Positions 53,441 to 64,000 of a stretch of 64,000 nucleotides of DNA are shown piece after piece. Source of the DNA: Botryllus schlosseri (Eukaryota); contig CM119371.1 of assembly GCA_051294905.1 (NCBI GenBank), forward strand, positions 38,442,001 to 38,506,000. The letters are read 5' to 3'. The translations under genes and the position numbers were made by a program. The notes beneath the pieces are model-generated. The model saw only the letters and a list, made by a program, of their open reading frames with translations, had not been told where the DNA came from and made no database searches. The first letter of the stretch is position 1. Each line of letters opens with the position of its first letter.

Positions 53441-54161
53441 TCTCGAAAATAATTTATGTTGGTTTACGAAATACTTTTCAGTCCCTTTCGAGCTCGCTCC
53501 CCACCCTATTGGGAAATTTGGGGTACGGCAGTCATGGACCTGGCAAGAATGCAAATCGCTGGGTGCGATTAATCGTCCATTATAAAAATGGGCAATATTT
53601 ACATTATGACGTAACAAGCAAATGACGCATCTTTTTCAAGGAAGTTTGTCATCTCATTAGGCCTTTTCAGCGCAATCCATATATTGTCTTCCAATATAAT
53701 CTCTAAGATTCAAAATAAATGTTATCGTGAGTAATCGTGATTACTTTTCCAATGTAACCGTAATCGTAATCGACTACTTGCTGATTTTGCTGTAATCGTA
53801 ATCGTAATCGTACTCGCGTCATTCGGAAGTAATCGTAATCGCAATCGATTACATTCATGAAGTAATCACCCCATGTCTGGTACCAGTGCATTATCCCAAT
53901 CACACTATTACAAAGAGAGTCAGTTTTCAAAAACATATATACTCAATTAGTGGGGTATAGTCTGTGGGGCCAAGTTGTTAAGACAACTCGACTCGTCAAT
54001 GTGATGCAAATACATCCCAAATCCACCTTACAGCATCCAAAGATTCTGTCTGCATAGTTCTGCGGAAAAGCTGTGCAGAAAAAGAGAAACTAATCATACA
54101 ACATAAACATAATCACTTAGTTAAGTAGTGCTTCCGGCTCTTCTGCTCCACTTCAACTTAC

Positions 54162-54386
54162 CAGGAAGGGTTAGAATGCCACCAATCGTCTTCCGGCCTT
54201 CCGGTGAAGTCACAGTCAAGCGAACACGTTTAAGCTCAATAACGAGCACGTTATACTTATCCTTGGCCTCGTGGATACTGTAGTGACATTTTTCGACTTC
54301 CGAAAATTGGTAGATGATGGAGCCTTTTCTGCCATCGAGTGTCGGATCATGGCATTCGCCGTCCGCTGATCGACATGCAAATAAGA
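54162..54386 (-). CDS. Exon 2: N-terminal half of a CUB-like ectodomain
   Basis: Acceptor attttcactttcag|, donor CCTG|GTAAGT, 225 nt, phase 1-1, open: (V)LFACRSADGECHDPTLDGRKGSIIYQFSEVEKCHYSIHEAKDKYNVLVIELKRVRLTVTSPEGRKTIGGILTLP; C-x3-L-x4-GSI...C-x-Y-x-I pattern resembles a CUB start. Confidence 0.85.
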
Positions 54387-54926
54387 CTGAAAGTGAAAAT
54401 AACTCAATTCGGACGATTTGATAATAATAAGGAGTAATCAAAGTACAGTTACCAACAGTCACTTGCGATTAAGGGAGGCCAGTAAGACAATGACTCAACT
54501 GTCGTCAGTATAGCGAAATGAACATTTTGAACATCTTCAATAGTCGTCATTGGAATTTGCCTACCGGTGCTCATGAATGATTAATTTGTACCATATACAC
54601 AGCCGCTATTACGCAATTTGTATAGTTAATGCTCGCAAGTGTATTGGAAAAGTGAGAGGAGATAACGGAGAACACACATGCGAGTCATGCGAGCCTTTGA
54701 TAACCTAATTTTTCGTACACAACTCAGAATTTATTATACCTGGTGTAAATTGAATAATAGTCTCGCATTGGTTTGTAAAATTCAAATATTAATAACGCCA
54801 GAGCATTCAAACGCTCAGAATCTCTCGGGCATGTCAAATTCGGCGTTGTTACGCATAGCGACAGCGCAGTGAAACAATGCAAGGTAACGGCCAGTTTAAT
54901 TTGCCTCACCGATTGTTGCCTAACAG

Positions 54927-55714
54927 CAGTGGTTCTTGAACTTTTGAGACCGCAACAGAAATCTGTGTTTCAATGGCATCTCGCTGCCCAAGCCGCACAC
55001 AACAGAAAGAATACATTCCTAATCTTAGTATGCTACGTTTACGGGCATGTATGACCTAGGGAACGCGCAGACAACAGTTGCTCTGTATGAAACATGTCTG
55101 GCGGACGCGATTTCCAATTAGGATGTATTATTCACTCGTTGGGTCGCATCTGCGCTACTTGTCCACTCTGATTGCAAGGACGGGACTATTCTGTACCGAC
55201 CATTTTGACGACCGGACATATTGACAGAGAAGGTTTTGGCGAACCAGCAACGGTCAATTTCGCCCAAGGTAGTATCGACTTCGATCTTTTTGGCACTGCA
55301 CTTTTCCACGCCGTAGGTAAATCAAAACTTCTTCATGCGTTCCGGCGCCAAAGAGGTTGGTCTCATATTCCCGCGCCCGCTCATTATACACCCCTACACC
55401 AAAATATACCAACGGTCTTCGACGGCGTTTTCCGCAGAAACCAATGTCGGGCGAGACTTATCATGATTTCAAACTGAATTGTGTATGGCCTCATTCAAGG
55501 GTCGCACATTTTCATGATCAAGCCATGCTGTAGTAACGACTTTTTTGCGTGTCTTGCTTATTGGCTATAGTACCAACACTGTGAAATCACGCCAAGCGCT
55601 AAGATTTTTTTTTTCGATGCAAAAATTTCACGATCTCTCCTGTGCCGTCACTACCCAAAATTATACCCTTCGCGAGACATGTTTGGATCGCGAATCATAC
55701 TTTAAGAACCTCCG
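54927..55714. mobile_element. Degenerate CAGTGGTTCTT-type MITE in intron 1
   Basis: cagtggttcttgaac ... tttaagaacctccg; TSD imperfect. Confidence 0.5.
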
Positions 55715-56394
55715 CTTTACAATTTGACAATCGCAGTGCAGTGAAAGAATGATTGCATTGTACAGAACAGATACTTTATCTTACTGATACAAATGTAAAC
55801 ATAACCATCAAAAATCCTATTAGGTCAAATGTATTTACCATTTACCACTATCAATTGTGAATATGCATTGCTTTGTTCCATAGACCCAACCTTTGAAGAA
55901 TGCTGATTAGATATGACATAACTAGTGTATAGCCAATTGATTAAGATATCCATTTGCGTTTATATATTCGTAAATCTGACTCTTGAAGTGCGTCACCAAT
56001 CATTAATGCCAGCACTCGTCACTAGTTACTGTGCTAGCAATTCAACGGAACAAGTTTGATGCCGAATACATATTCATCACGCCGCTGAACATACTAATGG
56101 ACACAAGTGAAAAATCTGGGCACATCTCTATAAATAAGGACGATATATTGTTATGGTTTGAAGTTACAGTTTCAACATTGACCTGTTACGGAACACTTAC
56201 AAATAGTCCACAGACCCCCACGGTCCCCATAGCCTTAATTTTAGAACCCCAGTTCTATAGGACAAGAATACTGCCTGATTTAAAGACTGTTATAGTTTCG
56301 GTTCCTTCCTGTCGTTTCATCTATCAAAATCTTGTGATGTTTTGAAGTTATGATAATGGCAGAAAATATATTCAAACTTCGAAGGTACGTAACT

Positions 56395-56663
56395 TCAATA
56401 CACCCACAGCTGCAACATCAAAGGGTTACCGGTTTAAATCCGACCGACGCCGACTCCGGAATCCCTACCTAAGTGTGGGAAGTTTATCTAGGCTCTATCT
56501 CGCTATCTCATCCGTGTTAGCGCTGTTTTATAGAAGCCAAAAAGTGGGCCGTGCTACAAGTCGGCAGCTACGGAATAAAAAATGAAGAAAATTGACCTTG
56601 TGGAAATGACCATGACAATAGTAGTCGACAAACACCACCAATACCTCAAACCAACAAACAAAC
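56395..56663 (+). mobile_element. tRNA-derived SINE in intron 1
   Basis: atctcatccgtgttagcg...aagtgggccgtgctacaagtcggcagctacgg...gtagtcgacaaacacc, then caaacaaa tail. Confidence 0.75.
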
Positions 56664-56911
56664 TTCAATATACAATTGAATCGTGTCTTCATATTGAAAT
56701 ATAACTGGATGATTTCGGTAGACAGTTGTAGACAATTGGAAGGAACATTGTATATCAACATTCGAACCATCAAATATGACGTCACCGGCGTGGGTTTTCG
56801 AGATTTCATTGAATGTCAGCCGACAGTATTCCGGTTTATTTCAATATGGATATAGGCCTACGATTCAGTTATGCTATTAGTACTAAACTGAAATTAACTG
56901 AACGGACTTAC

Positions 56912-56954
56912 CCAGCAGTGTTATCATCCAAGGGGATTCACAACTCAAAAGCAT
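56912..56954 (-). CDS. Exon 1 (signal peptide) of an uncharacterised type I membrane protein
   Basis: ATG at 56954 preceded by an in-frame TGA; reads MLLSCESPWMITLL+G; consensus donor CTGG|GTAAGT; phase 1 joins exon 2 to give a signal-peptide-like MLLSCESPWMITLLVLFACRSADG. Confidence 0.75.
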
Positions 56955-58109
56955 CCCTCGTTTTTTTCATGCATGCATGCAAACAAACAATTATTCTGCC
57001 CTATATTATTGCAAATTTTCGACACTAATACGATACAAAGTTTTTTTTCCAAAGTCACAATGATCCTCGAGGTTATTTCGCTCCGTTGGTACGTGAGCCA
57101 GACATTCGCACGCCATCAACATATCAACACCACAATATAACTTGCGCATTTCCGATTTTTCTGATGTGAATACTTGTCTGTTTCTTGCGTATGACTAACG
57201 CTTTCATAAATCTCTCATTGAGTCACAGCCGCAATGACAGATTGAATGCAATTTCCGTGACATCCGCATTGGTAAGAGAGCGACAATCCATAGGTGTTCC
57301 TTTTGATATGGTTCTGAGCAATCGCACATCGGCATGCTGTAAACAGGAGCGAATCGTCATTGGAAATGGTGACTTTCAACTGTGGTTTTGAATTCAGGTC
57401 CTCCGTATATGTAAAAGAGGCAATAAAAGTTATCACTTTTGGACAGAGGGGGTCATTATCGAATACTCATATTTTTCGAAATACTTCAAGTAAATTTTAC
57501 CTACTCGGTCTACTTCCTCCACTGGCTATAATTTTAGATCACTTTTACTTCTTCTTGACAGTTTTCAGTTTTCCAGACTAGAATACCTGCTTCTTACTTA
57601 CTTTTAAATCGCAAATTATGCTTTTAATTCAGTACCCACGTTGACTACTTGAAGCCCATCTGCTTACTGTACTCAAGCAGTAGTGTCACGTGTCTGGTAC
57701 ACCAAGCCTTACCAGCTAAGCATTACTCCTCGCAAATACGCACCACCACCACCAAACGTCGTATACTTCTATTTAATTACCATTAAAAGTTGCGAATTTC
57801 AATACAGCATGTCAAAACTACTTCATGCGGAAGTAGAAAGCCAAAGTATTCAAAGTAATCAACGCGTAATTTTATCAGTTATTCGAAACTGATTGCTTAT
57901 ACGTAATTACGAAGTTTCTTCTCGAAAACAACGCAAAATGACTTACTACACCAACAGGCAAGTTCGGATTTCCAGAATATAATCAGTAACGGTGTCACAA
58001 GAGGCTATTTCGCCCAATTGTCGAGGCGATTTAACTCATAAAACGGTTGCAAACGTTTCCCAAAACTACTTTCTACTTTATAAGATCTGAGTACTTTTGC
58101 CTAAACATA

Positions 58110-58240
58110 TCTGGTTGTTGTTTGGGGTGTTCATGGTGTCGCTCGACTACAATGGTAATTAAAATCAGGCCGATATTCTTTATTATGATTCCGTAACAGC
58201 CGATTTGTAGCACGGTACACCTCTAGTCATTATAAGACCA
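58110..58240 (-). mobile_element. Truncated SINE copy
   Basis: ttcatggtgtcgctcgactac...gccgatttgtagcacggtacacctctag matches the SINE 3' half. Confidence 0.6.
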
Positions 58241-60086
58241 TAATGACTATAATAACTATAAAGGATGTAGGCTTACTCTATGACTAACGTATAGTGGTTA
58301 GGGAAACCATATGCGCTCTTTTAAGAGCATTTTTTTTTTGAAGAACACGATTATGTTCGAGGACGCCCAAATGTCCTCTTTTTCGCATTACGACCGAACT
58401 TTTTGATTTGGCATTACAGCACCAATTACTCTGGAAAACTGGCTTATTCTAGAACTGCCATGAAAAGGGTCAACTCAACGAAAACTGTTCGTGTTAACGT
58501 AACGTTGTGGTAAATTCACCTTGGTTTACTTTAAGTTATTGTAGTCAACCTACAGGGCGATCGTCGTTATCTGCATAAATTTCCTGTTTTCATGTATCTA
58601 ATTGTAATTTGAAAAAAATGCCCACATTTTCGGATCTTAAAACATGGTAAGATTAGTAGTGGAGATATGTCTTACGTTCACTTTGCCGAACTACGTATCA
58701 ATACAAGTAAGTTGTAGCAGCCGAGATAAAGTGCTTCAGTGACTAAAGTGTATTACTGGCTTTCTCGCCTGTTCATTTGACTCAAGTTACTTACGTATAT
58801 TTCGACGGCTATTATATATTCTGACGCCATTATCAGGATCGCAAACGATGGTATTTTATCAGCGTATCGACGTCGCTAATGGAAATAGATCGCAGACCTC
58901 GCCGGTCGGAGATTTGGTCAACAACACAGCCGACGCGAAAGGCAGGGAAATACTTTAAAATCGATCCATCGATATTACCAATATCCACGAAATTAGCTAT
59001 TCGTCATTAATATTAAATCAGGAACGGATGAAATTTCGAAGGACAAAGCCCGTGTAAATTGTCGGGGCGAAGTGAATGATTGTGTTTAGCACGGCTACAT
59101 CGACAGGCAAAGATTTTACGTACTTGATCGGTAGAAAACTCGGTGAAAGCATGCAGATTATTTTGCGTTTTGAAGAGGCGGTTGGTGGCACTAAATTTCA
59201 ATATTGCATTCAGGACTATAGACTTATTGCAGAAAGATTTCGTTTTACATGCGGTTGTGCCTGTCTGTGAATCGCATAATTTAGTAATAACTCATAGCAA
59301 CCTGCTCAACTGAATGTGTCTAGGCTACAGTTCGTTTTAGGATTGAACTATCACGCCCAATATTGTCAAATTGGATTCCATACGGATGTTTATTGATATG
59401 CTTGCTAATTTGCCATTAAGACTTAATAGGGAGCATGGGAAACGTATCTGAGTTAAATAAAGTATGATATATTGAACGCAGTACTGAAAACAATATTTTT
59501 CATTGTAATGTTTATTTCAATGCTCGAAATTATGCCTGAAATTTTGGTTCCATGCGTTCCATTCTTCACTAATGCATTCAGCTTTATATAACACGGTATG
59601 GTTGATACCTTTAGCGTTGGAAGAGCGTCCACTTGTGCATGTACCACGAAAGTGAGAAAGTGAGAAATTGACTATTTATGCAAGATTATATGGACGCCGG
59701 TCTCATCTAGACTCAGGTTTACATGCTAAGGAAGCCAAATCGTCAAGTCTATCCACAACCACGCAGTTAGAACTGTCAGCAAGCGCATGCGAACGTGTGA
59801 CAAATCGCTGTCGCTGTAACAACCGCAAAGATTAAGTGTATATTGCCATGGGAATAATATTAGATCCGTCACGCCAACGTCGATTCTGGCAGATGTTTCA
59901 GAGATGTCGATGGCCTGCGTATCGTTCAAGGTCGAGCATAGCTTTGTTATTTGCTAGCTTCTATTGAGGGTATTTCATGTACTCTGTGTTTCATAAGTGA
60001 AGCGACTGCAGACAGTCAGCATGATGTCCTCGCATCATTTCACTTGGTATGTGAGATAAGTATAATATGCACTAACAATGTCAATT

Positions 60087-60135
60087 ATGATGTCATGATG
60101 TCATGATGTCATGATGTCATGATGTTCATGATGTC
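60087..60135. repeat. (ATGATGTC)n tandem repeat, about 6 units
   Basis: atgatgtcatgatgtcatgatgtcatgatgtcatgatgttcatgatgtc. Confidence 0.85.
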
Positions 60136-60142
60136 TTTAGAC

Positions 60143-60436
60143 CAGTGGTTCTCAAACTTTTTAAGACTCTCCCACCTTTTCGATAGTGAAAAACTTCGCA
60201 CCCCAATATCGTGATATCAAAAAATATTGAAGAGAGAAATCAGAATGCTAGCAGTGCCAACGGATAGTTTGATGGCATTGAAGGTAATGTCTATTGATGA
60301 GAGAATTGTCAAATATGAAATTCGGGCAATAGACATAGTAACTACTATGAGCTGAAAGTAAATTTCTAAGTCAACTGTGGCTTTGCGCCCCCTCTTCAGA
60401 TGCTTCCACGCTACCCCCCCAGTTTGAGAACCGCTG
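60143..60436. mobile_element. Short hAT-type MITE
   Basis: cagtggttctcaaac / gtttgagaaccgctg; TSD ctttagac/ccttagac. Confidence 0.88.
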
Positions 60437-61264
60437 CCTTAGACCTTCTTCAGTCGATCAAATACTAGCCAGTGAGTGGTAATGTGGAAATATATTGATA
60501 TATATATCTGTATCTTCTGTCAATGTTAGATGTTTGCTTCACCTACACTGAGAATACTGGAACACGAAGTAACGTAGCACAGTCTTATATGGAACCATGA
60601 GTCAACCAGTGTTTACGAGAACCCCCACAGTTCACCAAGCCTGTAACAGGGGTTTGCTGGAACTTTCGACGCACACCCGACTCATACAGAAAAGCCACAC
60701 TGATTTCTAATATATATTCGTAATACTATATATAGTATACGTAATAGTATACTATACTATATTCGTAATACTATTTTTGTTTTGTGTGATTATCAGGTTT
60801 AAACGGTTTAATGTGCTTTTAACACTGTCATTGATGCATAGTGTTCATTCTATAGTAATGTATTAGATATGTAATGGGGTTGATTTTTGCCTTTGTGACA
60901 AGGCTAAAATTCGGTGTGGCGTAAGGGTACATTCTTAACGTGAAAATAGTGTGTGTTCACACCCGTGTACGACCCTTTATCGACGGATGCTAATACACGT
61001 GGTACACGAATGATTCTTGCGCGTAGCGACGTAGGATTTATAACGGCGATATAACTCTAAGTTAGGTCCTGTTTTGTGGCCCTAAGAGTGAATGCACACT
61101 GTACTTTCGGTTCGAGTGTAGTGCACTTGATATAGCGTAACGGTTCGTCAGGTTAATAAAGGGAAATCACCTCTAACTGGCTTATGCGATGCGCAGTTGT
61201 CGCAGTAGATGAGATCGTTCACTGTAAGTGTTGCAATGATACCACCATGCGTATACCCTCAAGA

Positions 61265-61365
61265 CCAGGGGTTGCCAACTCAAAACTGCTCATGGGCCAC
61301 TTTTCAAATTTCGTAGAGGCCTTGGGCCGCATGGGTTCAATATCGAGACAAAAATAGGCCACACA
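61265..61365. mobile_element. MITE left end (also at 7349)
   Basis: caggggttgccaactcaaaac...gggccac...aaaataggccacaca shared with 7349-7445. Confidence 0.6.
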
Positions 61366-61819
61366 CTTTAAAACCGCGTTTTTAATACTTTATGTCAGTA
61401 CAACGCTGTGCTTTCCGACGTTGGCAACAATTACCACAAACGAAATAATATACAGTACAAATATACAACAAAAACAATCGTAATCATCACTCTCATTCGA
61501 TCTGGAACTGTGAGCTGCGCACGATGCCTGACAACACTTTCAGCGATAAAGGAATCGACATTGGGTCTAGCTAGAGATGGTATTTGCTGGAAAGCTATCT
61601 TCTTTTAAATCTTGATCTCGTGGGGAAGCGTCTTGGTCTTGGCAGTGTCTGGCTCAGTGCACGTCAAGACAATATGCCTATTTATACCACCCAATTCTTC
61701 GTCCATGGAATGATGTTACCATCGCCGAAGTCGCATCAGCTAGTGAGGAATAGGGGTTTTGGGCACAGAATAATAATTTATTTTGAACAAGAACAATATC
61801 TATGCTCGTCCTTGCCATC

Positions 61820-61925
61820 TCATCCGCGTAAGAGGTGTCTCACAAAAGCCAAGAAGTGGGCCGCACTACAATTCGACAATTACAGAAAAAAGAATAACGA
61901 ATATCGGCCTGATGTAAATGACCTC
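61820..61925 (+). mobile_element. Internal SINE fragment
   Basis: catctcatccgcgtaag...agaagtgggccgcactacaattcg...ggcctgatgtaaatgacc. Confidence 0.6.
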
Positions 61926-63858
61926 TGCTCAAGAAACATACATATACACAATATATATACAATATAAACAATGCATATACATAGCCTATATGCAAGGACA
62001 TTTTATAATATCCCGTTTGAAATAATCGTTGAAAACAATTCAGTAGTTCGTTGATCACAGCGCCAGTGCAATGATGATTGCGAAAATAATTTTTCCAGGG
62101 TTATCATACGTCTTCTTCTAAGAGGATTTGTCCTCTGTTCTGGAAGTTTTGGTTAGATGTATGTGAAATTGGACTGAGATATAAGAAATCTGCACTCAAA
62201 GAACAGTCCGGCGGGACGTCCAGGAGTTGATCCAGAGAGACGACCTGTTTTTCAAGTCAACTAACGGAAAACCACATGGGATGTGGGTATTTCAGGAGTC
62301 GAGTCGAAAAGTTGACCTTTTTTTAGTCAATCATCTACAAACTTGAGTACATTTACCACTTTTTCCGCACTTTTCGACGGTATTTTAAGTCTGAAAATTT
62401 TGAAAAGGTGTCCTCTTTTTAGATTCCCAAAATATGGTAACCCTAATTTATTAGACTAAATCCTCCACACTTTTCGATATTACGTAGTCACACGTGCTCA
62501 ATCACTCGTGAACTCAATTTCGCAAACACTCATCGTCTTACGTTCAAATGCATCGGAATTCCTTCAGACATGAGCTGGTCTCAACCATCTTGAGGTTGTC
62601 TGAGTTTAGCAATCTCGGCTTCAAAATTGCATTTTATCGGGATTAGGCCGTTCGCGCTGTGTCACCGTGGAGCAATTTAGGAATGTATCATCTTACTCCA
62701 GCAATCATTACCTTACTGATCGATCAGTGCTCATACTAATTGAAAACTTCAAGTTGGCTCGCTAAGTTCATAATGGACTGCGAATTCTTCGCCCCTAATC
62801 CGCTGGCGTCTCAGCAAAGAGCGCATACATTTAACGGTGATCATTATAGGCACCCGTCGCTACTGCGTTGAAGTAGAAATTCCTTTATTGACTCGCGTTT
62901 ATCCACGTAATTACGGCGTAATCAATTCCGCAATACTTCATTGATTATGGCTTTTCGCGTCGCAGTAATTTCGCCCTGTAAATCCAATCCGCTTCAAGGT
63001 ACGATTTTAAAAACCTTGTCCAGAAAACCTGCGAAAAGGCCGAATGACTGTGATAGCTCCAGTATACACCTTGATAGAGATGACAATCTGACGATACGAG
63101 GGCAGTCGAGAAATGAGTGTATCACATCTTGCCATGGCTGTTTCGATAGAAATCTGGATAGAAATGCATAGCTTAGGTTTGATCAGATCATATGAGTTCA
63201 TCTCACTGTACTATGACGGAGTTATTCTTAACCGGGGCTCACACGAACCCGACGGTTTCGACGTACCGGTCTCGTGGTTTAACCGAAGGTCAAGACTAAC
63301 ACCCGACTGGTACACCAGGTCATAATGATTTGCAGTACTTAATCATAATAGTCATTTTGTTTCGAGTAAATATCATGTTGTATTGGTTTTGTCCCTTTAA
63401 CACTGTTTACTGTAGGCTACAACAATTCATTTTGTGCTCTAGTAATGTATTAGAGGTGTAATGTGTAAACTGTGAAAAATTGAACGCAACCAAAATGTAA
63501 TATCGGATACTTCATTCGATGCTACCTTTTCATATCAGATATTTAAACGTGGTTCTATTGAAGTTTACGCAAGGCGTATAGCTAGTAAAGTCCTGTAATG
63601 TCTACTAACTTCATAGTGATGGTTTTGCGACATTGCTGTTTGCTATGGCCTATACTGACAAGGGTCGGTTTATCGCACTGTCGATATTTAATGAAGATTC
63701 TTTATACGTCAACGTGTATAGCTTTGATGTCACTTGTCCGAAATGAGTTTTAGGTTACAGTTTAGTACAATACTTGCACCATTTTACATGAGTTCATAAC
63801 AGACCATGAACTCACTATTAAGCTACCGTGCAGAAACATACGTTACAAACTTCTAAAG

Positions 63859-64000
63859 CAGTGGTTCTTAACCTTGCGATTTTGAAGGGGCGATATGGGG
63901 GGCGCTGGGATCAGGGGGCGATACGGGGGGGGCGCTTAAGAAGAATGGCTTCGCAGTAGATGATATAGTAGTAGGACACATCCCTAATGAGTATTCAGAG
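63859..64000. mobile_element. MITE left end, possibly running off the window
   Basis: cagtggttcttaacc followed by ggggcg repeats; preceding 8-mer ttctaaag has a central TA. Confidence 0.5.

Larger units (their letters stand above)
50155..53879. mobile_element. hAT-type element (C(A/G)GACATGGGG TIR, GTAATC repeats), outer shell of a nested stack in intron 2
   Basis: cggacatgggg / ccccatgtctg; perfect TSD gtaccagt (50147-50154, 53880-53887). Confidence 0.9.

Noticed and set aside
58795..58830. Minus-strand ATG..TAC|GTAAGT mini-exon (MASEYIIAVEIY)
   Set aside because: Phase 0 does not fit exon 2 or the candidate acceptor before exon 1; at most a non-coding 5' exon, unsupported
59726..59790. 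MRLLTVLTAWLWIDL as the signal-peptide exon of the receptor gene
   Set aside because: No phase-1 GT donor; the 56912-56954 exon has a consensus donor in the right phase

Overview
AT-rich (roughly 39% GC by eye) eukaryotic genomic DNA, most likely an invertebrate animal. An ascidian or other deuterostome is my guess from the repeat landscape, not proven. It is not prokaryotic: there are no long ORFs, operons or CRISPR arrays. One spliced protein-coding gene can be rebuilt by hand on the minus strand: 5 exons, ATG at 56954 to TAG at 41567, all GT-AG introns with compatible phases. It encodes a 274-aa single-pass type I membrane protein with a signal peptide, a 6-cysteine divergent CUB-like/beta-sandwich ectodomain, a basic S/T/P stalk, one TM helix and a tail ending in PPVYASI. 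The rest is dominated by non-autonomous hAT-type MITEs with 8-bp target-site duplications, often nested up to three deep. There are also three fold-back palindromes (about 150 bp, 590 bp and 1.65 kb), about 7 copies of a tRNA-derived SINE, and decayed hAT transposase, LINE and possible Penelope fragments. No coding exon could be supported in the first ~41 kb.
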